Assembly (NCBI RefSeq): GCF_009914755.1
Contig: NC_060927.1
Reading direction: 5' to 3' (one strand)
Origin: the human T2T-CHM13v2.0 reference genome, Homo sapiens
DNA: 64,000 bases
A program made the translations under genes and the position numbers. Every line of letters begins with the position of its first letter. The first letter of the stretch is position 1. A model generated the notes under the pieces. That model was not told the origin of the DNA, searched no databases, and saw only the letters and a program-made list of their open reading frames with translations. This document shows positions 1 to 12,827 of the stretch, piece after piece.

Positions 1-988
1 TTGTTATAATTTACCAGCTTTGTCTGGTATTTCCTCATTCCCTCCAGTATTCAATTAAGGATATGGTTCATCTTTAGCTGATCCCTTCTATCCTTATGAA
101 CTCACTGGGGGTTTTGGTCAGGGACTGCCACACCAGATGCCTGGTAAATGACATGGCCAGGATTAGATCTGGCTGTCTCATCTGCATATTCTCTAGCCTT
201 TCCCAAGATCTGAGCCTTTTCCTCAGGAATACAACAGTGAGTTACACTATTGTAATATCTTGTCAAGTAAAAAAAAAAGAAATGTTAGACCCAACTTCGT
301 AAATTCATCTCTAAGCTTATCTGAATTTTCTGAGAACTGGCTGAACTGATCCTTGCGTTCGCTTATGTCTGACATTGAAAAGGGTACATGTAGCTGAGCT
401 GTCCCTCCAGTCCTTTCCATCATATCCCAGTGGGGAAAGCAGCTCTGGTCTGATGGGACAGTGAAGGAAAGCATTAACTTGGAACCTGATTGGAGCCCCA
501 TTGGGGATATCACCAGAGGTTGTTGGGAAATGGAAAAAGAATGCTTCCCTGACCTAGCCTGATATGGAGCAGGCTCAGAGTGGGAGGAAGGGGGGCCTAG
601 GAGAGGAAAAGTACCCAGTGATCTAGAGTGTCAAGATCTCAGGCAGAAGTGGACTCCTCTGTCAATTGATGTTTAAGAGATGCCACACAAACTCAGCAGG
701 AGTCCCAAAGTTTGGGATCCTGATGTAATTTCATAAAGGCTTGCACATATGGAATTTCAACCCATTTATTAGAAATTCTACAATTTAAATTCAAATGTTA
801 AATGGTATTATAATTCAAAAACCCATTCTCAGGCCATTTTTCTTGGTCTTCCAGGGGATACTGAGACCAAGCGACATTACAGAGGATCATGAGCTTATTT
901 TTCTTTTAGATTATCCAATTTAAATTTACCCCGGTTATTGAGAATATACCTTATGGAAGAATCTCTTTGGACATGGGGAATTTACCAT
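1..988 (-). pseudogene. gag: Decayed endogenous retrovirus gag (matrix + capsid), gammaretrovirus-like (class I); continues beyond the left edge
   Basis: Minus-strand translation gives LCNVAWSQYPLEDQEKWPENGFLNYNTI*HLNLNCRISNKWVEIPYVQAF (MA-like), HVPFSMSDISERKDQFSQFSENSDKLRDEF (CA N-terminus) and ILEGMRKYQTKLVNYN. Probable start ctaccATGG at 988. Stops and frameshifts present. Confidence 0.85.
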
Positions 989-1975
989 GGTAGAATTGGT
1001 GGCCTGCAATCAAAGGGCTGGCGAGGGTGAAATCCTTAACTCCAACTGTCACAAAGTTTATAGTAATGATCCTGGTCCCAGTAACCCTGCTTCCTTCAGG
1101 TCTCTGGCAAGGGCTAAACAGACTAAAGAGGATATAGAAAGAGAAGTTTTCTGAGGGAGGAGTCTGAGACCATTTAGCTCTAAAATCTTTTTCCCTTGGT
1201 TTTTAAAATCTTCTAATTTCTTTACTTTGCACCAGTTCCAAGTAGTGTTCACTCTACACCCACATTCATTAATACTGACTCTGTAATAAGAAATGAGATG
1301 ATAGACTAGACAAATGAAAAGGGGACAGAGGTGATCTGGCCTAGTAAGTAAGTCTTCTTCCAGGGACTGTGGACGGTTGGTTCACACAGGCAACAGGCAC
1401 CAGTGAGTGGGACACATTTTCACTTAGACAACTGACAAAACAAACTGCAAACTTCTAGGCCCCACAAAGAAGATAAGAGTCGAGGGGAATACTGAGAGGT
1501 TTCAAAGTTCAAAACCTGACAGAACTCTAGGTTGCCAGCTAATACCTAGCAGGCACAGACACAGGGAACACTTCCTCATTCAACACCAGATGTGAGAGCT
1601 GGAATCACTCCAATTACCCACACAGAATCAGAAAAACCTGGATTCCTAGCCCAAAACCAGTGGGGCTAGTTGGCAATACCCCGACTGTCCTAATAAGATA
1701 ACTCAAATGGAAACAAAACTCCTAAGGAGCGGAACAAGCTGGAAAGGAAGAGTGTCAAAATGAGGAAAGGAAGAGGAAGCTGGAAAGGAAAAGAGAGAAA
1801 GAGAAAAAGAAAAGGGAATGAGTATCGATCCGGAGTCTGGATTTGACTCACCAAAGTGTCAATGCCGAAACAATGGTCCGGAGTGGCTGCTTTCGTTCAC
1901 CCCTGGTTAGTCATCTACATCCTCTGGGCAGCTTCCTTCACTCCCACCAGATGCTAAAAGGAGAGTCCCATGAGA
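989..1975 (-). mobile_element. ERV internal 5' leader between the LTR and gag
   Basis: Position between LTR and gag ATG; no primer-binding site could be assigned with confidence. Confidence 0.55.
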
Positions 1976-2528
1976 TATTACTGGCACCCCTATGCATTCC
2001 TGTAATCTCCTAGGATAGAAATCGAGAGAGATGACCAGAGATGGCAGCAAAGACAAAGCTTTATTTAGTTTGTGTACAAGGGAAATCAGCCTAACTTTAT
2101 TTAGTTTGTGAAAGGAAAAGGGTGGGCAGCTCCCAGAGGGTAATATGTGGATTAGTTTTATAGGGCCTTTCTATAGGGAGGAGTTTCGTGAGGGCATATG
2201 TAGCAGGAGTTCCTCTAGCACTTGCACAGGGCTTTACATGCTTCTTCATACACTGCATGTAATAGCATTTTACATACCCATCTCTGGTCCTGAGCATTAA
2301 AATGAGGAGGTCACCATCAGTTAAAACTTAAGCCTAGCTACACATGCAGGGCCTTGAGGAGGTCCTTAGACCCTGAAAGCAGTAACTTGTAGTTAATAGC
2401 ATCTTGGGGCTTTGATACTGATTGGCTGGAGATTAAGTAAACTACAGCCCCTACTGCAGTAAGGGGCTTTTGTTCTTTTTCTGCAAACCACATCAAAACC
2501 AGAAACCAGTCAGTTTGCCTCTTTCATC
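1976..2528 (-). mobile_element. 5' LTR of the ERV (family not confidently named)
   Basis: Minus strand begins TGAAAGAGG, contains CCAAT, a TATAAAA box and AATAAA, and ends near GCCAGTAATA. About 550 bp, directly upstream of the leader and gag. The inner boundary is approximate. Confidence 0.7.
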
Positions 2529-2687
2529 TCCACCAAGAAAAGCAAATCCAATTAACTCAACCCCTCAAAGTATAATTATAAAGTAGAAATTGAGGACTCT
2601 TAAACATACACCACATTCCTAGAATATTCTTCTTAACTTCTCTAAAACTGAAAGGCTTAAATTTCCCGAACTCCACCAATATATTCT

Positions 2688-3670
2688 TTTTAAAAATTAT
2701 TTTACTTTAAGTTCTGGAATACATGTGCAGAACATGCAGGTTTGTTAGATAGGTATACACGTATCATGGTGGTTTGTTGCGCCTGTCAGCCCATCATCTA
2801 CTTTTTAAGCCCCACATGCATTAGGTATTTGTCCTAAGGCTCTCCCTCCCCTTGGCCCTCACCCATCCCAACAGGCCCTGGTGTGTAATGTTCCCCTCCC
2901 TGTGTCCGTATGTTCTCATTGTTCAGCTCCCGCTTATGAGTGAGAACCTGTGGTGTTTGGTTTTCTGTTCCTGTGTTAGTTTGCTGAGAATGATGGCTTC
3001 TGGCTTCATCCATATCCCTGCAACGGACATTAACTCATTCTTTTTTATGGCTGCATTATATTTCATGGTATATATGTGCCACATTTTTTTTATCCAGTCT
3101 ATCATTGATGGGCATTTGGTTTGGTTCCAGGTCTCTGTTATTGTAAATAGTGCTGCAATATACATATGTGTGCATGTGTCTTTATAGTAGAATGATTTAT
3201 AATCCTATGGGTTTATACCCAATAATGGGATTGCTGGGTCAAATGGTATTTCTGGTTCTAAATCCTTGAGGAATCGCCACACTGTCTTCCACAATGGTTG
3301 AACTAATTTACACTCCCATCAACTGTGTAAAAGCATTCCTATTTCTCCACAGCCTCATCAGCATCTGTAGTTTCTTGACTTTTTAATCATCACCATTCTA
3401 ACTGGCATGAGATGGCATATTATTGTGGTTTTGATTTGCATTTCTCTAATGACCAGTGATGATGAGCTTTTTTTTCATATGTTTATTGGCTGCATGAATG
3501 TCTTCTTTTGAACAGACAAGTGTCTGTTCATATCCTTTGCCCACTTTTTGATGTTTTTTTTTCTTGTTAATTTAAGTTCCTTGTAGATTCTGGATATTAG
3601 ACCTTTGTCAGATGGATAGATTGCAAAAATTTTCTCTAATTCTGTATGTTGTCTGTTCACTCTGATGATA
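2688..3670 (-). mobile_element. 5'-truncated L1PA (about L1PA7-8) 3' end
   Basis: tttactttaagttctggaatacatgtgcagaac L1PA 3' terminus; ORF2 C-terminal remnant (ETWNQTKCPSMIDWIKKMWHIYTM). Confidence 0.9.
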
Positions 3671-4174
3671 TTTTTATTTCTAACTTCTATTAATACAAAA
3701 CCATGGAGAAAAAATCTTAGCATTTACATTTTCCATTAAAGTCACCTAAATAGTGCTATTCTGGCAGAAATAGATAACACTTTCAATATATTTTTCTTAA
3801 GACACTAGGTCCCATCCAAAGTTGAAATGCTAGAAAGATGAGCTCAGAAAATACTGGAAAGTATAATACCTCACACTGAATATTTTCTCATTAGACAGTG
3901 GATTTTCATTTATCACATAACCTTTCCTTTTTAATTGTTACAATTACTATTTATTGGGGAACTTCCATTATGTGGACTGGATTGCTTGTGAGATTAAGGT
4001 TTCTATTTGAAACGCATGATAAAAAGCACTACATTAAGAAATATGATAGTTATTGCTATGAATAAGACAAATATGGCACAGAATCTGACCTTAAAATACT
4101 TGTAGCCTTTTAAATTAAAACTACTTTGCACAAATCACTATAATGCAGGGTAAAAAGTAATGCCACTTTAGGGA

Positions 4175-4628
4175 GTACTTTAGCTTCCTATTGCTGCTAT
4201 AACAAATTACCACAATATAAGGGCTTAACAAAACACAAATTTGTTCTCTTACTGTTCTGGAGGTCAGAACTAAGAGAACAGTTTCTCTTGGCTAAACTCA
4301 AGGTAGTGGCAGAACTGCCTTAACTGGTTCTACGTGAAAACCCCTTTTCTTGCCTCTTCCAGCTCTCAGGGGCTGCCTACATTCTTTGTTTTGTGACCTC
4401 TTCTTCCAACAGTTGCATCACTTCAACCTTTGCTACTATGATTTCATTTCCCTCTCTGAATCTGATTATATTGGGCCTGTGCAGATAATCCAGAATAATT
4501 CCCCCATCTCACATTGCTTAACTTAATCACATCATCCAAGTCTCTTTTTCCATACAGGGTAAGATATTAACTGGTTCTGAATTCTAGTATATAGATCGGT
4601 TTGGTGGGCCATTATTTCACCTAACACA
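4175..4628 (-). mobile_element. MaLR MLT1-type solo LTR
   Basis: cttcctattgctgctataacaaattaccac...gttctggaggtcagaa...ctaacaca matches the MLT1 LTR in reverse. Confidence 0.8.
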
Positions 4629-5509
4629 GACAGATATATATCTTTGTAGCAATTATCAATTAAAATCCTATAATTTTAATTATCTAATACCTATAATTTT
4701 TATTAGATACATATTAGTTTGATATCTGATGAAAAATTTATTGATCTGATAAATGATATAGGTAAATTTTGGGTATATCAGTTAAAAAAATCAGAACTGA
4801 ATTAGGCCATTCAGAAAGAAGAAGTGGAGAAAGAGAACCTCTGTGCATTCTCATATTTCTCATGAAAATGAACTGCTAATCCACTTAAAAAATAGGAGTC
4901 TGAAAATTGTTAACGCCGTAGTGTAAAATTTTGTTAATGAAACAGTAGTTGACTTTAAAGTAGTCCAGTATAACAGCTTTTGAACTTGCTGACTGCTTAT
5001 TGATTTCTTAGCTTGTTTGCTAATATTCTGCTCACAAGTTCAGCATCCAAAGCTTAAGTGTGATGACTACATCATATTCCAAAACTTGATAATAATTTCA
5101 AAGGGAGAAAGAAGCAGGTGAGCTTTTTATCACAATATGGTAATATTTTGACACTACTGTCTGCGTTGAAGCCAGAGGACTGGAAAGGGCATAGCCTCGA
5201 AGCTTCATTCTGATGTCACAGTGTGATCTGAATGAATATTCATGTTTTCTTCTGTCTGAGATGCTGTCATGGTCCATCATTTATTAAGCGATGACAACAT
5301 GATGTTGTTTTGATTATTCTTGTTTTATTATTCCTACCAATTGCTGTAATTCAGACTTGAGCATCACAGTTCTATCTCCTAATTAAAGCTGATTTGTTAT
5401 TTTAATTGCATTTAAATAAAATGTAACATAAAATTATTAAAAAATATGTAAATTTGTAAAAAAACACACATGTACTTCTTTCAGCTTTAAAAACTTAACA
5501 TTAATTTAT

Positions 5510-8500
5510 GCTTCTAACAAAGGTTGAGTAATATAGGCTCATACCCTTTCACTTGAAACAGTGCAAAACAGACAAAATATATAAAATAATTGTTTTCAAA
5601 GATATCAGTCAATGAAGAGCACTGATCCCTGAGTAAGATGAAAAAATAATAATAATGGTCTGGGGAGTATCAGGATTGACTGAGGTTTACCCTATTGAGA
5701 ATGTTTCCGGGCCATGTTACAGGGAGGAGGTTCTTAGGCAGAGCCTGAAAATGTCCCTGACGAAATGGAGCTGAGAGTTCCAAGACAATTCAAGTTCGAA
5801 AAGCAGAATATAGTACAGCAAACAGCTGCACAGAGAGAGAATTTCAGAGATATATAGAAAGCCCCCCTCAGGTATTCAACCAAGGCCTGATTACACATCT
5901 GTGTGAGTAAACTACCTGAGCTCAAGAAAGAAATACCCAATGGGATTAGAGTAACAGTCCCTGATGCTGTTACCAGGATGGGAATAAAGCTTGTTCCCAT
6001 TAGGAATACTGGAAAGCTTCCTAGTTCAGGGAAAATTGAGTATCAGAAGGGTAATTCTTTGGTGGAGGGGAAGAATTAGCCCTAATCTGAGCACTGCTCC
6101 AGTCCCACCTAACAAATCTAAAAGCTAGAGCAGAAAGCATTCAACTATTTCCAGAAACACAACTTCATCCCAGAACAAACCTAAAAATATTTATAAGGAT
6201 ACAAAAATCTACCACCCTAAAAAATAAAATTCACAATATATGATATTCAATACAAATAATAGGCATGTGAAGAAGCAATCAATTAAAACAGATCCATAGG
6301 GGACAAGGTTGTTAGAATTAGCAGACAAATAAATCAAGACAATTATTAGAACTATATTCTATATGTTCAAAAAGTTGAGACATAACAAATATTTTAGAAG
6401 TTAACTTTCTAAGGATGGAAACTAAATCTGTGATAAAAATACAATAGACAGAATTAATGGCAGATTAGAAATTGCAGAAGAGTTAGTGAACTTGAATAAA
6501 TAGGAACAGAAATTGTACTAAAGAAATACAGAATAAGAGAATAATAATAATGAATAAAATATCAGTTAACAGTGATAAAGTCATAAGTGGCATAATTTAC
6601 ATGTAATCAGAGTTCCCAAAGTAGATAAGGGGAGAGAATAGAAAAATATTAAAGAAATTATGATTAAAATTTTTCAAAATTTGATAAAAATCATAAATCT
6701 AAAATAGAAGAATCTCAATGTGCTTCAAACAAAAAAATGCATGAAGAAAATTTCACCAACGCATATTATTATCAAATTGCTTCCAACCACAGATGAAAAT
6801 AAAACCTTCTAAGTAGCTTGAAAAAAGGACACATGAATAGAGGAATAAAATGAGCATGATAGCAAGTGAGAAGAGAGTAGAATATCTGTAAAGTCTTGAG
6901 ATGACAAAAACATGAAACAAAATCTGTTATACCCAGAAAAATTTCTTTCATTAAAAATAGGACATAAATACTTTTTCAAACATGAAAAAGACGAAGGAAT
7001 TTGTCACCATCAGACCCACACAGCAAAAAAAAAAAAAAAAAATAAGTTTTAAGGAATGTTCTTCAGGCAGAAATACAATGATATAAGATGGAAATATGGA
7101 TCTACACAAAGTAATGATGAAGACCAGATACGGTACCTCTGTGAGTGACTATATCAAATTTGTTTCTTATTGTATGGATATTGTACATGTTCCCAAGATA
7201 TTCAAAGAACTCTGAGAAAAAGCAGAAAAAAGAAAGCAGAGAAACAAAAAAGTAAGTTAAAAATGAAAAATGAAGTAGCAGAGTTAAGCCCTAATATATC
7301 AATATTACATTATGTGTAAATGATGTAAATTAAATGCATTAATTAAAACACAAGTGACAGAGTGAGTAAAATAAGATCATGATTCAACTATGTGCTGTCT
7401 ACAAGAGATTCAATTTAAATATAATAATATACATAAGTTGAAAGTGAAAGGATAGAAAATTATTTTAAATATTAATAAAAGGAAAGCAGAGATGGCTATA
7501 CTAATATCAGATTAAGTAATCTATAGAGCAAAGCAGTTATTAGAGACAAACAGGACCATTATAAAATATTAAGTGTCAATTCAGGATAAACATATAGCAA
7601 TCTTAAGTGTTTATACTCCAAAAACCAGAACTTCAAAATACAGTCTACCTTTAAACAATAGGTATTTGAACTGCATTGGTCTACTTATATGCAGATTGTC
7701 TTCTGGTTTTACCACCCTGAGATAGCAAAACCAATCTCTCTTTTTCATTCTTCTCCTCACCCTACTCACATGAAGACAATGGCGATGATGACCATTTTCA
7801 TTATCCACCTCTGCTTAATGAATAATAAATATATTTTTTCCTCCTTATGATTTTTTATAACAATTTATTTTCAATGGCTTACTTTATTGTAGTAATACAG
7901 TATATATAGTATATATAACATAGACAATGTGTGTTAGTCGACTGTTCATGTTATTTTTAAGGACTCCAGTGAACAGTAGGCTATTACTAATTAAGTTTTT
8001 AGGGAATTAAATGTTATACCTGGATTTTTGACTGTCTGAGGTTTGAAATCTCTAATTTCTGCCTTGTCCAAGGGTCACTTATGTTAAACAAAAGCTGACA
8101 GAACTGACAAAGGATAAATATATAATTATAGTTGGAAACTTCAACATCCCATTCTTAATAACTGATAAAATAACTGGACAGAAAATTAAGGATATAGAAG
8201 AATTCAACAACACCATCAGTGAACAGGATTTAATAGACATTTATAGAGCACTTGATCCAACAATAGCAGAATACACATTATCTTCCAGTGTCCATAGAAC
8301 AGATAACAAGATAGACTATAGTCTGATTATAATGCAAACTCCAACAGATTTAAAAGAATTTAAATCATATTAAAAGTGGTCTCTGACCACAGTGGAATCA
8401 AATTAGAAATCAGTAAGAGAAGGATAATAGGAAAATATACAAGTACTTGGAAACTAAACACATTTCAAAATAATAAATTCACAAGGATTCAAATCTTGCA

Positions 8501-8940
8501 AAGTATGTTGTCTGACCACATAGCATTAAAATAGAAATCAATACAGAAAATAAAAGAAAGATCTCTAGAATAGCCCCAAATATATGGAATTGAAATAAGT
8601 CAATTCTAAATAACATATAGGTCAAAAAAGAAACCAAAGAGAAAATCAGAAAGTCCTTTAAACTACATGAAAATAAAGACACAATGTATTAAAATTTTTG
8701 GAATGTCACCAAACCAGCAATTAGAGGCTAACTTATAGCATTAAATGTTTATATTAGGGAAGAATAAATTTCCAAATCAACTCTTCCATGTCTTCCTAAA
8801 AAAAAAAACAGAAAACTCCCTCAAAAAAAACTAGTAAATGTCTAACTAAAATCAGAAATAAGTAGACGAAAAGATGAAAAACAGTAGAAATCAGTGAAAT
8901 AGAAAACAGGAAAACAATAGCAAAATTAATAAAACAACTT
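5510..8940 (+). mobile_element. Ancient L1M 5' half (5'UTR, ORF1, ORF2 endonuclease region), interrupted by Tigger2a
   Basis: Degenerate ORF1 (ggcagattagaaattgcagaagagttagtgaacttgaa) and EN-domain sequence (tgctgtctacaagaga; gttggaaacttcaacatccc; tctgaccac). Confidence 0.8.
7641..8079 (+). mobile_element. Tigger2a-like non-autonomous Tc1/mariner DNA transposon
   Basis: Degenerate TIRs cagtctacctttaaacaa and ttgtccaagggtcact; TA target duplication; the L1 sequence rejoins across it. Confidence 0.85.
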
Positions 8941-8949
8941 CAGACATTT

Positions 8950-10990
8950 TAAAAACATATTTTAAGAGGGTGTGGAACTTTGAGTTGACTATTTTCAACA
9001 TTTATCTTGTCTTATAGCTTGCATAGTTCTTGACAAAGTCTGGTTTTTGTTTTTGTTTTTGTTTTCGTTTTGGTTCTTATGTTTTCTGTATATAATTTTT
9101 CTTTTTTCCCTAGTTGTTTTCCAGATATTTTTCTCCATCCTCATTTATCAGCATGTTAGTTTTTATTTGTCAAATATTTTTTCCTTCTTGGGATTCTCTA
9201 GTTTCTTGGAACTTTGGTTTATTTTTAATTAATTTTGAAAAAATTCTTGGCCATTATCTCAAATATTTTTTACACCCCATTCTTCTTCTCTTATCCTTCT
9301 GGAATTTCAGTAACACAAATGATAGGCCATAGTTTGTTTTCCCACAGTTCCTGAATACTGCTTTTAAAGTTTCCTTTTCTTTTTATGTTTCAGCTTTGAT
9401 AATTTCTGTTGACATATCTTCAAGTTCACTGTTGATTTCCTCAGTCGTGCCTGATTTCCTCATGAGCTTATCAAAGAATTCTTCATCACTGGTATTATAT
9501 TTCTAAATGTAGCATTTTGTTTGGATCATTTGTATAGCTTCCCTTTGTTTGCTATAATCCCTGTCTTTTCAGGCATGTTGTCTACCTTGTGCATTGGATC
9601 CTCTGTCATATAAATCATAATTATTTCATAGTCTCTTTCTTATATATTCATCACATCCGTGATTTCTTAATCTAGATTTTTAAATAATTTATCTTGAAAA
9701 AATTATTTTTTATGTTTTGTTTACCTTACAATTTTTGATTCAGTAGCACATACTGTGTAGAGAACAAAAGAAAATAAGCAGTAGTTGTACCTGGGCATAC
9801 CTCACCTTCTGTCAGGCCTGAATGTGGACAGATGCTTCTAGGCTACTGTTAATTATGCTCAGAATAGAGATTGCAGGGCTAGAGGATTTTTCTTAGAGTT
9901 TCTGCCCACTTTCAGTTTTCAGCAGTTACTGCATGCCTGAGCCATAGAGGAGGTCTCTCTCCATGACTTTATTGTCCCACTATGGTTAGACTGTTGATAC
10001 TTGTTCTTCAGGACTAGGCCTACAGTGGGGCCAACATTTTTTTTTTTTAATTCTCTTAGATCAGGCTAACTAAACCTTATACAAGCCCTGTGTACTTTGT
10101 CCTGAAGGGTAGAGACTCCTCATCATTCCTGCCTCACCTCTCTATAGCAGCTAAACTCTGTCATCCACTTATGATCAGTCTTACATAGGAGAGACATTTC
10201 TACCTGATCCTCTTCACTAGCCGACTTCCCTTGGTATTGGCATATAATCTTGGGCATAGAGGCAGATGGCTTTTTCTTTTACCATTCCTCTTGTGCATAG
10301 AGGCAGATGGCTTTTTCTTTTACCATTCCTCATCAACAATGAATCATGGCTGTGTTGTGGGTTTGGAAGTGCTTTGTACCTATCTCCCAAGAGCAAATTA
10401 GTTTTATTTTTCTATTCCATCAGAAGCAATGAATTTTGTATGAGTCCTATAAGTGAAATGATTTGCTGCCTGTGCACCATCAGTCTTTACAACCTATAAG
10501 GAACGTATCCAGGGAAGCAGGCAGAATTTCATCTCTGTCTTCCACACCTGATTTTACCCCGCAGGCCTGTGACACAAAGTATCTGTCCCCAGATCGAGGT
10601 CCTACTCCCAGTATTTCTCATGAGCACCTAAATGAAGTCTATTGAAAACATCTTGAGATTAATTGTAAAGTGCCCTTGTTTCTGGGGTTCCCTGTTATGC
10701 CAAATTGATATGCTAGCCTGCAATTGGTCTTTACAAAATTATGAAAGTATCTATCAGCTGATTTTATCTTACCCATATTTGTGATGATTATTTGTTCATC
10801 CTATGCTCTGAATGTGATACATTCTTTCTCTCCATGGAGGAAATATTTTACTCCTTGAAATTCAGGGTTTTAAAATTTGCTCTGATGGGCTCAGGAAAAG
10901 TATGACTTTATAGATTATTTGGTTTTTATTTTTTTTAATTGTGGACAACTTTTTTTTACAGGTTTGTACATGTCAGTGGAAGTAGAACTT
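8950..10990 (-). mobile_element. Ancient L1M (L1ME-like) 5'UTR/ORF1 fragment
   Basis: T-rich antisense ORF1 sequence (attcttggccattatctcaaatatt; gacatatcttcaagttcact) followed by an L1M 5'-end-like region. Confidence 0.7.
10254..10331. repeat. Direct tandem duplication, 37 bp perfect, period 41
   Basis: gcatagaggcagatggctttttcttttaccattcctc at 10254-10290 and 10295-10331. Confidence 0.95.
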
Positions 10991-11779
10991 TGTTCTGGAT
11001 TTTATTCATTCTTTCCTTGGACTTACAATAGTCTGCATGTGCATAGAAGTAAGAAATTTTCTATATCGTGTTGATGAGAAATTAGGCCCTGATTTTAAAC
11101 AGCATTCATAGAATTAAGACATATGAGACATTTGGTGAAAAATTAAAGGTGGTGGGATACTGTTTTAGAGTTAACAAATAATCTAACAATTATGTTTTAG
11201 TGTATATGTAATACAGTTCATACCATTTTATGTGTTAGTATTTTCTTAGCATTGCTTAAATGGCAATGATTCCTAAAATCAATTAAAACTAAATCAAATA
11301 TAGTCCAGACTTGCTCCAGCCCCTCCTTAAATTACACACAACTCTAATTTGCAATATTTTATGAGTACCTCCTGATTTCCAAATTTTATCTTAACATATG
11401 TAATGGAAAATGGTAAGATAGTTCTCCATTTATTTAAGAGACAAACTCAACTTTGAAATTATCAGGGGATGTTACAAAATATATGATGTTCCCAAATGGC
11501 CTCAATTACTATTTAGGTATCACTCTATTTTCATCATCTAGAAATTAAAGGATATTTTTCTCTCAAGGAAACACCCAATTTAGTATTTTTATCAACATCA
11601 TCTTAGTCTTGTCACTATAGTAAATGATAGTCAACTATAATTTTCAATGATGCAAAGTTTGATAAATTTTAAGTAATTCTCAGATTATGGTTTAAAGAAG
11701 GTGCAGGTCAACAGTTCATTATTAAAATAAAAATATGCTTAGTATTTGTTGTCACTTCTCTACATCATGCAGTTTTTCA

Positions 11780-11900
11780 ACTAATATTTATTGAGCACCT
11801 CTACTGTGCCAAGATCTATCTTAGATACAAGGGAAAACATAATGTAGACAGTTAGATATGGCAGTTTTTTACTTGTGCTTGTCAGTCTAGTGGGAAAAAG
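11780..11900 (-). mobile_element. L2 3'-end fragment
   Basis: tattttattgagcacctctactgtgccaag, a typical L2 terminus. Confidence 0.6.
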
Positions 11901-12382
11901 AAAGTGTAAGCAGAAAATAAATGCACCATAGTAAATGCTACAATGTGGAACATAGTATCTAATCATATGACTATTAGGCAGAGAAATGAAGAAAATATGT
12001 TTGTTTTTGCTGGATTATTCAGTGTGGAGAAATAACAATCTACCACACTCATTATAGTTTACTCTGCTAGTATCCACATTTTTAGATTCTGGAAGCTACA
12101 CAATATCAGGAAAGAGTTCTGAACTTCATTAGATAGATGGAAAGTCCTATTGAAATTTAATTTTGGGTTCTAATATTTCCAAAAAATATGTACAATAACG
12201 TGATAACTTGTGATAATTTTTTTTTCTAGAATTGACAATATGGTTGATAATATGTTCAATGCCTACCTCAATCTTAAGAAGCAATCACTTTAAGAGTCAC
12301 ATAATTGCAAAATAAAATACAATAAAGTTCCAGGTATGCAAAATAAAGCCTGATATATGTGATCACATTTTAGATCAAGATA

Positions 12383-12604
12383 TAGGTTGAGTATCCCTTA
12401 TCCAAAATACTTGGGACCAGAAGGGTTTCAGATTTTGAATTTTCAAAAAATTTTGGAATATATATATATTATACTTACCAGTTGAGCATCCCTAATCCAA
12501 AAATTCAAAATCTGAAATTATCTAATGAATATTTCCTTTCAACATCATGTTGATGCTCAAAAAGTTTTAAATTTTTGATTTTCAGATTTGAGATACCCAA
12601 CCTA
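12383..12604 (+). mobile_element. Tigger4a (Zombi)-like DNA transposon
   Basis: TIR-like ends taggttgagtatccc and gagatacccaaccta with TA flanks; internal gttgagcatccctaatcc repeat. Confidence 0.85.
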
Positions 12605-12736
12605 TAGCTTGATCTGAAATGTGAGCATGTATATGTTCATTGTTTATTTTTATTTATTTCTATTTCCAATAACTTAGAAGCTGTGTAATAAAACTGTTGA
12701 CTTGTAAAAAGGCAAACTGAAAAGGGATTTTATTTT

Positions 12737-12827
12737 AGCTGGGCTTGGGAGGTCAAGGCTTCAGTGAGCCGTGATCCTGCCACTGCACTCCATGCTGGGT
12801 AACAGAGTGATACCCTGTCAAAAAAAA
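12737..12827 (+). mobile_element. Old Alu (AluJ/FRAM-like) right-arm fragment
   Basis: ggaggtcaaggcttcagtgagccgtgatcctgccactgcactcc...ctgtcaaaaaaaa. Confidence 0.8.
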
